A stretch of 62,142 nucleotides of DNA from Nitrospirae bacterium MYbin3 (GTDB taxonomy: Bacteria > Nitrospirota > Thermodesulfovibrionia > Thermodesulfovibrionales > Dissulfurispiraceae): assembly GCA_002753335.1 (NCBI GenBank), contig PEAD01000017.1:1-62142 (forward strand), written 5' to 3'. The notes under the pieces are model-generated. The model had not been told where the DNA came from. It worked only from the letters and a program-made list of their open reading frames with translations, and made no database searches. Below, piece after piece: positions 28,799 through 38,740 of the stretch; positions within the stretch are counted from its first letter, which is position 1, and every line of letters begins with the position of its first letter. Made by a program: the position numbers and the translations under genes.

Positions 28799-29649
28799 TG
28801 AGTTATGAGCTGTTTGATTTCATCGGCCCCTGAAGCATCTCCTGAAGAATCTGAAACTGTGAGGGCACGCTTAAGGAACTCGATTCCTGCTTCGGTATTT
28901 TTTTGCGCGCAGTGGGTCTTGCCGATGCCTGTGAGATCTGTTTTTATTTTTGCGCTAAGCCCTGCTGCTTTGTCCGAAGCGAGTGCCTCTTCAAACAATT
29001 TGCGAGCTTCCGCATAGGCCCCTGCTGCAAGTCTGCATTCGGCAAGTATGCGCAGTGAGTTTGCCGATTCTTCAGCATTGCTTTGTGAGCGGTTGATATT
29101 CAGCGCATCAGAGGCGTATGAAGATGCGTTTGCATAATCGCTTCTGATGAGAGCGATTCGGGCTTTTAAATTTATTATTTTTCCGGCGGCATTGCATTTT
29201 CTGTCTTTGCAGCGCGCCAATGCATTATCCGACCATTGGGTTGTCTTTTCATGATCTTTAGAATCAAGGGAGAGTAAGCTTTTAACAAAGGCGGCCTCTA
29301 TGGCGTACTGTTCATTATAGAGTTTTGAGTTCACGCCAAGCAGCTCGTCAAGCGCCTTGTGGGCCTTTTCCGGTTCTGACATCTTGCGGTAGGCCTGTGA
29401 AAGGTTTATAAGTTCGGTTGCAACGCCGTCGGCATTGTCTAGCGAACGGTTTATTCTCAGCGCTTCGGCGTAAAGCGAAGCTGCTTTAGAGTAGTTGCCT
29501 TTTCTGAAATCTGCCTGTGCCTTCAGATTGAGCGCTGTTGCAAGACTCTGCTTTTCCGAGACCTGCATAGGCGCAGACCCGCATCCCGATTGAAACGCGA
29601 TAAGGCAAAGCATGAACAGAATAAATATTGTCTTTTTCGTATTAGTCAT
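28771..29649 (-). CDS. TPR-repeat lipoprotein
   Basis: Lipobox QSGC; Ala-rich TPR helices (A..LY.EAL.IN). Confidence 0.82.
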   Translation of the reverse strand: MTNTKKTIFILFMLCLIAFQSGCGSAPMQVSEKQSLATALNLKAQADFRKGNYSKAASLYAEALRINRSLDNADGVATELINLSQAYRKMSEPEKAHKALDELLGVNSKLYNEQYAIEAAFVKSLLSLDSKDHEKTTQWSDNALARCKDRKCNAAGKIINLKARIALIRSDYANASSYASDALNINRSQSNAEESANSLRILAECRLAAGAYAEARKLFEEALASDKAAGLSAKIKTDLTGIGKTHCAQKNTEAGIEFLKRALTVSDSSGDASGADEIKQLITQCSTASGKN

Positions 29650-30598
29650 GGCTATCTATCGGAAGAAGTTTTCCTTCAGGGTTTTTTATGTACGACCTTA
29701 TAGGCCATATTTTTTTGACCGAACCCGTAATTTCTGTAGTGTCATCAGCTATTTCTTTGCCCTTGTCCATAAGGGGAGGTATTGACGGTGCTGATTTTTC
29801 GACCGCCTTCTTTATCTCTTCGGTGGTTTTTTGAATATTGTCAAGGCTCTTGCCCACCTTTTCGGTTATGCCGGGCATGTCGCTGTCCACTTTTTTAATT
29901 ATTCCGTTTATGTCCTCAACAGTTTTATGTGTGGAGTCCAGAACCTTGCTTATCTTTTGGGATGTATCGTTTATAGTCTTGTCCGAACTCTGAATAAGTG
30001 CGTTCACTTTTTTGCCGGTTAATGAGAGATCGTCCGAAAGGGTTTTCACATTTCTTAGAGTTGCCTTTATGTCACCGGACGGATCATTTACATACTGCAC
30101 GATGTTTCTCAGCTCGAGGATCACCGGCTTCAGTTCATTTTTCAGCTCCTCGATCATTTCACTTATCCCACGGTCGCGGCCAAAAGGGATATTGCTGCTC
30201 TCCTCCATAGGCTTTGCCTGCGCCGAGCCGGGCTGAATCTCTATAATGCTGTCGCCTATCATCCCTTCTTTTGAAAGTTTTGCAGTAGAGTCGGTTTTTA
30301 TCCATTTCATATATTTCTTGTTTATTGACAGCGTTACTTTGACTTTGGCCACATCGTCAAGCTCCATTTTTCTGATCTTGCCGATTTTAAAGCCGCTGAG
30401 CTTTACCGCCATGCCTTCGCTTATGCCCTGTCCGCCTTCGGCGATGAAAAAGATTGTGGTTTTGGGGGTGAAGGCGTCATGCTGTATGCCTATGAAAATT
30501 ATAATCGCCACTGTTCCCAGCGCCGCTATCATGAAGAACAGGCCGATCTTCTTTTCGATATTTACAAATCTCTTGTCCCCGTCTCTGAGGATGCTCAT
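29642..30598 (-). CDS. MlaD/MCE-domain protein with helical extension
   Basis: One TM helix, GISEGMAVKLSGFKIG and GMIGD.IIEI.PG. Confidence 0.9.
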   Translation of the reverse strand: MSILRDGDKRFVNIEKKIGLFFMIAALGTVAIIIFIGIQHDAFTPKTTIFFIAEGGQGISEGMAVKLSGFKIGKIRKMELDDVAKVKVTLSINKKYMKWIKTDSTAKLSKEGMIGDSIIEIQPGSAQAKPMEESSNIPFGRDRGISEMIEELKNELKPVILELRNIVQYVNDPSGDIKATLRNVKTLSDDLSLTGKKVNALIQSSDKTINDTSQKISKVLDSTHKTVEDINGIIKKVDSDMPGITEKVGKSLDNIQKTTEEIKKAVEKSAPSIPPLMDKGKEIADDTTEITGSVKKIWPIRSYIKNPEGKLLPIDSHD

Positions 30599-31272
30599 AA
30601 ACTCTCCTTAAGCTCCGGTCCTGACTGCCTGAGAACAATATCTGCAGACACCTTGCGTATCGAATGCTCGTCCGAAGTCAGGTAAATAGATATCCTTTCG
30701 GTATTTTCTTTATGAAACTCTATGGTCATATTTGACATCCCATTCTGTATTTCGGGGCTTAACCCCTCAAATATCGAGTCGTAAATAATAATATTGGGAT
30801 CAGAAATAAAAGCCCTGACAGCCCCTACAAGCCTTTTTTCATGCGGACTCAAATGGCCCGGCAGCAGTTTCATCAGTTTTTCGATGCGCTCGATATCAGC
30901 GTCCGCACCGAGCAGTCCCCTTACAATCCTTATAATCCTGTCCTCAAGATCCTGAGGGTTGATGCCCTGATGGTACTCTATCGGCAGGGTTATATTTTCC
31001 CAGACCTTAAGGTTGCTTATAAGGCCGCCGCCGCTCAGCACAACAGCAGCTTTCTCGAAAAGTTTAATATATTCGTCTTCCGAAATGGAATATATTTCTT
31101 TTCCGAAGAGCAGCACCTCTCCTGAGTCGGGTTTATGAAGCCCTGTGATAATTTGCAGCAGCAGGTTCTTATGATCGTCCGACTCGGTAATTATTTTAAC
31201 CGCTTTGCCCGGCAACAATTCAAACGATATGTCCCTGAAGCCATGTGCACTGACATTTCTGATAGATATCAT
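30595..31272 (-). CDS. MlaF-like ABC ATPase homologue with degenerate catalytic motifs
   Basis: GLHKPDSGEV and GLISNLKVWENI.LP; Walker A reads TESDDHKN, signature LSPHE, Walker B IIYDS. Confidence 0.8.
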   Translation of the reverse strand: MISIRNVSAHGFRDISFELLPGKAVKIITESDDHKNLLLQIITGLHKPDSGEVLLFGKEIYSISEDEYIKLFEKAAVVLSGGGLISNLKVWENITLPIEYHQGINPQDLEDRIIRIVRGLLGADADIERIEKLMKLLPGHLSPHEKRLVGAVRAFISDPNIIIYDSIFEGLSPEIQNGMSNMTIEFHKENTERISIYLTSDEHSIRKVSADIVLRQSGPELKESL

Positions 31273-32051
31273 AGCAACGACGAGACCACTGTGATTATGC
31301 CGTCGGCTATGAATACTATGAACAGGCTCTGCATAACTGCGCGCGCAGCAGCCTGAGGTATCTCGGTCAGCGAGTTCCCGACATTCAGCCCCTGATAGCA
31401 GGATACGGCAGAGATTAAAAGCCCGAATACCAAGCTTTTGAAAAGCGAAACAGACACTTCATAAATGCTGAGGGCTGCGAATATCCCTTCTATATGCTGA
31501 AGCATAGGAAAGTCGAGGATAAGAGATGAAAGGGCTATGCCGCCTGCTATCGCTACGAACTGGAAATAGAAAGAGAGCACGAATATAGAAAGGGATATTC
31601 CTGCTATTCTCGGCACGATAAGGTAGTCGTAAGGGTTGATGCCCATCAGCTTAAGGTTGTCAACCTCTCCGGTTATCTTCATAGAGGCCAGTTCTGACGA
31701 GATCGCTGTACCGCTTCTCGTTATCACGATTATCGCAGAAAAAAGAGGCCCAAGTTCTTTAACGATTATCCAAAGTAGAATTTTGCCGGTAAGCAGAGCG
31801 TTTACCCCTACGATGCTCGTTATTTGCATGATGATTACGATTCCTATAAGCGCACCCATTATAGAAACCTTTCCGAGCGCTTCCATACCGGTGAAAAAAA
31901 TCTGCCTGAAAAGTACCCTTTTTACAGGCTCAAGCGACAGTACTTTGATTCTTCCGGTAAAGGTCAAAATTATTTCGATGTAGCCGCGGAGATAGCCGAT
32001 TTCATTCATCGTCTTCAGTCCGATTTTTTGTGCCAGATCAGTGCTGTTCAT
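31269..32051 (-). CDS. MlaE-family permease
   Basis: KELGPL..AIIV..RSGTAI.SEL.SM...GEVD.L..MGINP...VPR. Confidence 0.92.
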   Translation of the reverse strand: MNSTDLAQKIGLKTMNEIGYLRGYIEIILTFTGRIKVLSLEPVKRVLFRQIFFTGMEALGKVSIMGALIGIVIIMQITSIVGVNALLTGKILLWIIVKELGPLFSAIIVITRSGTAISSELASMKITGEVDNLKLMGINPYDYLIVPRIAGISLSIFVLSFYFQFVAIAGGIALSSLILDFPMLQHIEGIFAALSIYEVSVSLFKSLVFGLLISAVSCYQGLNVGNSLTEIPQAAARAVMQSLFIVFIADGIITVVSSLL

Positions 32052-32796
32052 TGGTTGATTTTATCATAACAGGGATCTTTTCGAGGTATTCTTTTATTAA
32101 TGCAATGTCCGAACCCGGCTTTGCGAAGAAGACGCGTCCTCCAGCCATCGAGCCTTTTTGTTTTATATTCTTTATCCTGATGTAACCGTCTCTATCGGAG
32201 GCAACATATCCGGTCGTGTAGTCAGGGTCATCTGATATGCATATTTCGGCAATTATAAGCGGGCATGACGCCACCTTTGAGGCGATTGCCAACGCTTCAA
32301 TTATAGTGGTTGATGAGCCTTTTAGTTTTTCTATACTGCGGGTTATGGCTGCCTTGGTTTTTGGTTCAATGCCGAGCATGGATGCTCTTATCCCGCGCTT
32401 TTTATCAGGTTCTAGCCTTTTGCCAGATTTTGCATTAATCACCGAAGCGCCGCGCATGGATGTCTTAGCCTCAAGAACACCGAAGGCTGATGAAGCAGCT
32501 TTGAGAGATATACCCATATTCAGAAGCAGCTTTAATGCGGTGTCTTTCGCCTGTTTTTGCGAACCACATTCGATTGTTGATATGGCTAATGGTTTAGCTT
32601 CGATTACTTCAGATAGAATCTCTTCTATCGTAATTACGATCCGGTCTACACTGCCTCGCGGATGGTGCAGGGCCCTTTCGGAATACTCCTTGACTACGCC
32701 GCCTATTGTTGATTTAGCATAAAGACCTTCGGCCCCGGATATATGTATATCAGCATCTGCAGCCTTTTGTGAGGCCCTCATTCTCACGCTCCACAT
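32038..32796 (-). CDS. bioW: 6-carboxyhexanoate-CoA ligase
   Basis: SVRMRAS, HISGAE, RALHHPRG, EALAIASKV, SDDPDYTTGYVA, GGRVFF; start set at ATG 32796. Confidence 0.93.
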   Translation of the reverse strand: MWSVRMRASQKAADADIHISGAEGLYAKSTIGGVVKEYSERALHHPRGSVDRIVITIEEILSEVIEAKPLAISTIECGSQKQAKDTALKLLLNMGISLKAASSAFGVLEAKTSMRGASVINAKSGKRLEPDKKRGIRASMLGIEPKTKAAITRSIEKLKGSSTTIIEALAIASKVASCPLIIAEICISDDPDYTTGYVASDRDGYIRIKNIKQKGSMAGGRVFFAKPGSDIALIKEYLEKIPVMIKSTNEQH

Positions 32797-32802
32797 AAAG
32801 GG

Positions 32803-32826
32803 ATTATACAATAGCTGTGATATAAT
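32803..32826. promoter_or_regulatory. Divergent -10 elements for bioW and moeA
   Basis: Minus: TATAAT 32808-32803, 6 nt before the bioW ATG. Plus: extended -10 TGaTATAAT 32818-32826. Confidence 0.55.
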
Positions 32827-32865
32827 TAGTGCTCGTGTTGGTATGAAAATTATGGGAGCATTCAG

Positions 32866-34800
32866 ATGAAAAAGATCTTTCTCGAAAGCCTGAAACTAAC
32901 CGACGCCTATCACCGTCTTTTTGAGCGTCTGGGGGACTGCAGACTCTCTACCGAAAAGGTCAAGACGGTCGAATCTTTCGGAAGGGTTACTGCCGAAGCT
33001 GTATCCGCAAAATATTCCTCTCCTTTCTATCATTCCGCAGCGATGGACGGATATGCGGTAAGGTCTGCCGACACCTTTCGTGCTGCTGAAAACGATCCGT
33101 GTTTGCTGAAAATCGGTGAAGGTGCGGTTTATGTTGATACCGGAGATCCTATGCCAGCGGGTCTTAATGCCGTAATAATGATAGAGGATGTGAATATAGT
33201 CATTCGGCAGTCGGATGAAAAATATATAGAAATATACCAGCCTGCTGTGCCTTATCAGCATGTAAGAACAATAGGCGAGGACATTGTTGCCACCGAGCTG
33301 ATAGTGTCCGAAAATCACCGCATAAGGGCTATAGATATCGGCGCTATGCTTGCAAGCGGGAACACAGATATCATGGTAAGAAGAAGGCCTGTTATCACGG
33401 TTATCCCTACTGGTACAGAGATGATAGACCCCGAATGCGTGAGCTCTCGGCCGCCTAAGCCGCCTGAGATAATCGAGTACAATTCATTCGTACTGTCAGG
33501 GCTTGCTGCAGGATTGGGTGCTGATGTCCGGCGGAGCCCGATTGTTGCTGACGATCCGGATAAGATCAGCAAGGCGGTTGAAGATGCTGTGGAAGTTTCG
33601 GATGCGGTGATTATCAATGCAGGTTCGGGCAAAGGTTCTGAGGACTATACAGCACAGGTTATCGCAGGTCTGGGCGAGGTCATAATCCACAGCGTTGCGA
33701 TAAAACCGGGAAAACCTTTCATAGCAGGACTGGTCAAATGCAAGCCTGTATTCGGCATACCGGGGTATCCGGTTTCTGCGTACCTTACTTTTCGGCTTTT
33801 TGTAAAACCGATTATCGAGATGATGCAATGTCTCCCTCGCACCGCAGCAGAAAATTTGACCGCTGTTGTTTCACGCCAGATATCATCACCTCTGGGTGTT
33901 GATGAGTTTGTGAGGGTTAAGGTGGGCTCTGTAAACGACAAACTCATAGCCACGCCCGTCGGAAGGGGCGCGGGGCTTATGATGTCGCTGGTCCGTGCCG
34001 ACGGTATAATGAAGATTCCGGCAGATTCGGAGGGCGTTGCTTCTGGCACCGAGGTTGAGATCGATCTTTTAAGGGGCAGGGATGAAATAAAAAACACTAT
34101 TGTCTGCATCGGCAGCCATGACAATGCCCTAGATATCCTCTCAAATTTTTTAAAGAAGAACTATTCCCTTTATTCTTTGTCTTCGGCTCATGTCGGCTCT
34201 ATGGGCGGCCTTATAGCTTTAAAGCGGGGTGAAGCGCATATAGCCGGAACGCATCTTTTGGATGAAGACAGCGGCGAGTATAATGTTTCTTATATAAAAA
34301 AACTTTTGGCTGGACGCAAGATTGTGCTTGTGAACCTTGTTTACAGGCAGCAGGGGCTTTTAGTTAAAAAAGGCAATGCAAAATGTATAAAAGGATTCAG
34401 TGACCTTATTCGCGATGACGTGGTTTATATAAACAGGCAGTCCGGGTCCGGTACCCGTCTTTTGCTCGACAAGTATTTGAAGGATATGGGCATAGAGGCC
34501 GCAAAGGTAAAAGGGTATGAGCATGAGGAATATACCCACATGGCTGTTGCCTCTGCTGTGCTTACAGGCCTTGCCGACACAGGACTTGCGGTATATTCTT
34601 CAGCAGTGGCTTTGGGGCTTGATTTCATCCCGGTTGCAAATGAAAGATACGACCTGGCGATACCTGCCGAGTTTATCGAAACAGATATGATCCAGGCGCT
34701 TTTGAAAATTATTCGTGAGGACAGGGGATTCAGGGATGCGGTAGTTTCTATGGGAGGCTATGATCTTTCTGATATGGGGCGGGTTGTCTTTGAGTCATAA
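32866..34800 (+). CDS. moeA: Molybdopterin molybdenumtransferase MoeA fused to a PBP-like substrate-binding domain
   Basis: SAAMDGYAV, IKPGKP, PGYPVS; C-terminal GSHD, GSMGGL, INRQSGSGTR, ERYDL. Confidence 0.93.
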   Translation: MKKIFLESLKLTDAYHRLFERLGDCRLSTEKVKTVESFGRVTAEAVSAKYSSPFYHSAAMDGYAVRSADTFRAAENDPCLLKIGEGAVYVDTGDPMPAGLNAVIMIEDVNIVIRQSDEKYIEIYQPAVPYQHVRTIGEDIVATELIVSENHRIRAIDIGAMLASGNTDIMVRRRPVITVIPTGTEMIDPECVSSRPPKPPEIIEYNSFVLSGLAAGLGADVRRSPIVADDPDKISKAVEDAVEVSDAVIINAGSGKGSEDYTAQVIAGLGEVIIHSVAIKPGKPFIAGLVKCKPVFGIPGYPVSAYLTFRLFVKPIIEMMQCLPRTAAENLTAVVSRQISSPLGVDEFVRVKVGSVNDKLIATPVGRGAGLMMSLVRADGIMKIPADSEGVASGTEVEIDLLRGRDEIKNTIVCIGSHDNALDILSNFLKKNYSLYSLSSAHVGSMGGLIALKRGEAHIAGTHLLDEDSGEYNVSYIKKLLAGRKIVLVNLVYRQQGLLVKKGNAKCIKGFSDLIRDDVVYINRQSGSGTRLLLDKYLKDMGIEAAKVKGYEHEEYTHMAVASAVLTGLADTGLAVYSSAVALGLDFIPVANERYDLAIPAEFIETDMIQALLKIIREDRGFRDAVVSMGGYDLSDMGRVVFES

Positions 34801-34834
34801 CAGTTTATGATGTTTGAGATGGGAGGATAACAGT

Positions 34835-35953
34835 ATGCCTTTTTCTAACGCCACGATTTTTATAATCACTGCAGGACTGCTTCTAGGTTTTGCGGTCGGA
34901 ATAATAATGCACCGCTCCGACTATTGTGTGGCAGGAATGTTCAGGGACCTGTTTATGTTCAAAAAGGTTTTCATGCTCAGGACTCTTCTTGTACTGGCTT
35001 CGGTGAGTATGCTGCTTTTTGAGATAGGAAGGAGAAGCGGGGTTCTTGTTTCTCCCTTTCCGATACTGGGATCTCCCTCACTCGCAAGTTTTATCGGCGG
35101 GGCTTTGTTCGGTGTGGGCATGGTGCTTGCCGGAGGCTGCGTTGTCGGCACTCTTTACAAAATGGGTGCAGGCAGCCTTGTCAGCCTAACCGCTTTTGTC
35201 GGGCTGATAATAGGCAGCGGCATTTATGCCGAGTTCCATTCTGTATGGGGCCCTTTTATAAAGGCCACCACCTTTTTCCAGGGCAAGATAACTATTCCGC
35301 AGATTGCAGGAGCCGACCCTGCTTTGTTTGTTTTCCCTTTGGCAGCGACTTCATTTTATTTGCTTTACAGGTGGTTTAAAAAAGGAGAATTGGAGCGAAG
35401 GTCGTTTGTTGACGGCTACATGCAGCCGTGGAAAGCGGCTCTGCTGCTGGCTGTGAGTGGTTTTTTGTCTTATCTTTTTGCCGGAATGCCGATGGGTATA
35501 ACCACATCATACTCTAAGATGGCCGCTATGATTGAAGAGATTTTTGCGCCTGAGCATGTAGCCGGTTTGGCATATATGAAGGTTCTATCTCTAAATTTCA
35601 CGCATCCCTTGACTGGAGAGGTTATGAAAGGCGGCCCCGGGCCTATGTTTGATGCCATCGCTGTTATTCAGATGCCGGTGATTATCGGAATTGTTCTCGG
35701 CAGCGCCTTTTCTGCAATATCTCTTAAAGAGTTCAGGGTTTATACGAATATTCCACAGAGGCAGTTTTGGGCGGCTTTGGCAGGCGGTATCATAATGGGG
35801 CTTGCATCGCGTATGACCCCCGGCTGCAACATATGGCATCTTTTTGGCGGGTTGCCAATTCTGGCGGTTCAAAGTATACTTTTCTTTGCCGGGCTGCTGC
35901 CCGGAGCATGGCTCGGCAGCAGGCTGTTCACAGGTTTTGTGGTAAAAACGTGA
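34835..35953 (+). CDS. YeeE/YedE-family sulfur-compound transporter
   Basis: DYCVAG, GMVLAGGCVVG, PGCNI cysteine motifs in a multi-TM protein; ATG 34835 behind GGGAGG. Confidence 0.9.
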   Translation: MPFSNATIFIITAGLLLGFAVGIIMHRSDYCVAGMFRDLFMFKKVFMLRTLLVLASVSMLLFEIGRRSGVLVSPFPILGSPSLASFIGGALFGVGMVLAGGCVVGTLYKMGAGSLVSLTAFVGLIIGSGIYAEFHSVWGPFIKATTFFQGKITIPQIAGADPALFVFPLAATSFYLLYRWFKKGELERRSFVDGYMQPWKAALLLAVSGFLSYLFAGMPMGITTSYSKMAAMIEEIFAPEHVAGLAYMKVLSLNFTHPLTGEVMKGGPGPMFDAIAVIQMPVIIGIVLGSAFSAISLKEFRVYTNIPQRQFWAALAGGIIMGLASRMTPGCNIWHLFGGLPILAVQSILFFAGLLPGAWLGSRLFTGFVVKT

Positions 35954-35973
35954 GCTGAATAATTTTTCTGGAG

Positions 35974-36237
35974 ATGGCCATGGACGATAAAATTGAGACT
36001 GTAGAAGTTGATATCAGAGGGCAGGTCTGCCCTGCAACGCTTCTTGTAGCGTTGAAGCATGTCAATGAACATGGCAGCAATATAAGAAACGGCAGTATGA
36101 AGCTGGTTTTAAAAACAGACAACAGGGATGCAACGGTTACGATTCCTGACTCTGCCGTAAATATGGGGTATTCGGTTAATGTCGAGAAGAAGGATAATTT
36201 TTATTCAATTTCGATAGGCGCTTTGGATGCGAGATAG
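35974..36237 (+). CDS. TusA/YeeD-family sulfur carrier
   Basis: VDIRGQVCP motif, 87 aa. Confidence 0.88.
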   Translation: MAMDDKIETVEVDIRGQVCPATLLVALKHVNEHGSNIRNGSMKLVLKTDNRDATVTIPDSAVNMGYSVNVEKKDNFYSISIGALDAR

Positions 36238-37966
36238 CAACCCCGATAACCCGAGTTCAGACAGCTATCAGCGCCTTCTGGCCGAAAACAGAGAGCTTCG
36301 CGCCAAGTATGAAAATACTGTGGCATATCTTCGCAAAAAGATAGATCAACTCCTCCTTGTTATGGGCACGCTGCCGCTTAAGCCCGAAGAGCTTGACGAC
36401 TCCACACTGATAGAGCTTGATCCGATAGGCATCATAGCCGGGTCTTTCGGTCAGGTGCTTAACCATCTGCATACCACCAATGACAGCCTTCAGATAGCCC
36501 GCGACGAGATAAAAGCGATTTTTGATTCTGCAGGAATAGGAATACTTGTGCTTGACAGTGATATGAAGGTCGTTTCGTACAACAAAAAACAGCAGGATCT
36601 TTTCAAGGCAGGAGCCGAAGTTGTTACTGGACAGAAGTGCTACAGCATTATGTGCGGAGCTGATGAGATGCCTTCGGTATGCACCTTCAGGCGGGTCATG
36701 AAGCAGAAGAGGCCTGTGCATATCAGCAACTGGAATTTTAACGACAGGCTTTATGATGTGGCCGGCACCCCTATTTTTGACAAGCACGGAGATGTTGCGA
36801 GAGTGGTTCTTGCATACATGGACATAACAGACAGGAAACGGATCGAGGAAGAGCTGTCAAGGGTGAATAAGTTTGAGGCTGCCGGGATATTTGCCGGAGG
36901 CATAGCGCATGATTTTAATAATCTGCTTACCTCTATACTAGGCAATATTTCCCTTGCAAAGACTTTGGTTTCTCCTAAAGACAGGATTGCCGAGAAACTG
37001 AACACAGCCGAAAGCGCTTCTTTAAAGGCGAAAGAGCTTACACATAAACTGCTTACGGTAGCAGGAGTGGCAGAACCACAGAAAAAGAATATTTCGGTGG
37101 CCGGTCTTATAAAGGATACCACCGCTTTGACCGCCAGCTTTTCCTCTGCCGTGTGCGAATACCGGATGCAGGATGGATTATGGCAGATAAGCGCCGACGA
37201 GGCACAGTTAAGACAGGTTATACAGAACATTGTCGTAAATGCCTTCGAGTCTGTTTCGGACAAAGGCGTCATCAGGATAAAGGCCGAGAACGTATCTGTT
37301 GTTGAGGGCGGTTCTCTTCCTCTTGTTGCAGGCCATTATGTGAAGATATCTATCGAGGACAACGGCTGCGGCATTTCTGAAGAAAACCTGCCGAAGATAT
37401 TCGATCCGTATTTTACGACTAAGGGAATGAGCAGCAGAAAGGGGAGGGGGCTGGGTCTTGCCGCTGCATTTTCGATAGTTATGAGCCACTCAGGTTTTAT
37501 AACAATGGATTCTACCGTAGGCGTTGGGACCGTATGCACGGTTTATCTGCCGGCTGCATATAAAGACAGGGATGAACAGACAAAGGTGGGCGGCAGGGCG
37601 CTTGTAATGGACGACGACGAGATCGTGAGGGAAGTTGCTGGTGATATGCTTGCGCTTATCGGGTTCGATGTTTCTTTTGCGCTTAAGTCTGACGAGCTCA
37701 TGAAAATTTATATGGAGGCTGCAGCATCAGGGAAACCCTTCGACATAGTCATTATGGATGTCAACATTCCTGATGACGGGGGGGCAGAAAAGGCGATAAG
37801 CAGTCTCCGGGCATTTAATCCCGCCGCAAGGGCGGTTGTTTCTAGCGGGAACCCAAAAGATAAAATCATGACCAATTTCGAGGAATATGGCTTCTCAGGG
37901 GCTTTGGCCAAGCCTTTTAAGATGAGTGAAATAACCGCTCTTGTTAAAAAACTGAGCGCTGCGTGA
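36227..37966 (+). CDS. Cytoplasmic hybrid histidine kinase (unknown helical N-domain, PAS, HisKA, HATPase, REC)
   Basis: AHDFNN, FDPYFTTK, receiver MDDDE..IMD..KPF; overlaps the tusA-like stop. Confidence 0.92.
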   Translation: MRDSNPDNPSSDSYQRLLAENRELRAKYENTVAYLRKKIDQLLLVMGTLPLKPEELDDSTLIELDPIGIIAGSFGQVLNHLHTTNDSLQIARDEIKAIFDSAGIGILVLDSDMKVVSYNKKQQDLFKAGAEVVTGQKCYSIMCGADEMPSVCTFRRVMKQKRPVHISNWNFNDRLYDVAGTPIFDKHGDVARVVLAYMDITDRKRIEEELSRVNKFEAAGIFAGGIAHDFNNLLTSILGNISLAKTLVSPKDRIAEKLNTAESASLKAKELTHKLLTVAGVAEPQKKNISVAGLIKDTTALTASFSSAVCEYRMQDGLWQISADEAQLRQVIQNIVVNAFESVSDKGVIRIKAENVSVVEGGSLPLVAGHYVKISIEDNGCGISEENLPKIFDPYFTTKGMSSRKGRGLGLAAAFSIVMSHSGFITMDSTVGVGTVCTVYLPAAYKDRDEQTKVGGRALVMDDDEIVREVAGDMLALIGFDVSFALKSDELMKIYMEAAASGKPFDIVIMDVNIPDDGGAEKAISSLRAFNPAARAVVSSGNPKDKIMTNFEEYGFSGALAKPFKMSEITALVKKLSAA

Positions 37967-37981
37967 TGGATAAATCTGCCT

Positions 37982-38731
37982 ATGTTTGCGCTTAAAAAGT
38001 TAATCGCACCGTTTCTGCTTCCACCCGGAATTTTTATTCTGATATTGTTGATAGCAGGCATCTGGCTGTTTTTCAGAAAGAACTGGAAATTCGGTCTTGT
38101 GAATATTCTAACCGCCTGCCTCATGTGGTTTATGTCTATAACTCCTATGTCTGATGCCGCTCTTCAGAGGCTTGAGGCTGAGTTCAAGATTCCCCAGAAT
38201 ATAGAAGGCGATGTCATAGTGCTTTTAGGCGGCGGTGTTTACGATGAAGTCTTAGATTTTTCGGGCTTAGGCGCTCCGCATAAGGATATGCTGTCCCGGA
38301 TTATTACGGCGGTAAGGCTTCAGAAAAAGATTAATGCGCCCATAATAATTTCGGGCGGCAAGGTGTTTGACCACAAGAGGGCCGAGGCTCCGATCGTGAT
38401 GCGGTTTCTTACGGATTTGGGAGTGCCGAAAGAAAAAATAATAGTCGAGGACAAAAGCCGGGATACGATCGAGAATGGCAGATTCACTCTTGCGATATGC
38501 GAGCAGAAAGGCTTTAAAAAACCTGTTCTCGTAACATCGGCCTACCACATGAAAAGGTCGGTCATGAGTTTCAAGATAGCCGGTCTGGATGTGACGCCTT
38601 TTCCTGCGGACTTTAAGACATGGCGCAACAAAAAATACGGCTGGAACGATTATCTGCCGGGCAATTTCGAAACTATGAATACCGCTGCAAGAGAATACAT
38701 GGGAATAGCTTATTATAAAATTGCGTATTAG
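37982..38731 (+). CDS. YdcF/ElyC (DUF218) family protein
   Basis: IVLLGGG, ISGG, EDKSRDTIEN, LVTSAYHMKR, EYMG. Confidence 0.92.
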   Translation: MFALKKLIAPFLLPPGIFILILLIAGIWLFFRKNWKFGLVNILTACLMWFMSITPMSDAALQRLEAEFKIPQNIEGDVIVLLGGGVYDEVLDFSGLGAPHKDMLSRIITAVRLQKKINAPIIISGGKVFDHKRAEAPIVMRFLTDLGVPKEKIIVEDKSRDTIENGRFTLAICEQKGFKKPVLVTSAYHMKRSVMSFKIAGLDVTPFPADFKTWRNKKYGWNDYLPGNFETMNTAAREYMGIAYYKIAY

Positions 38732-38740
38732 GGGGAATTG

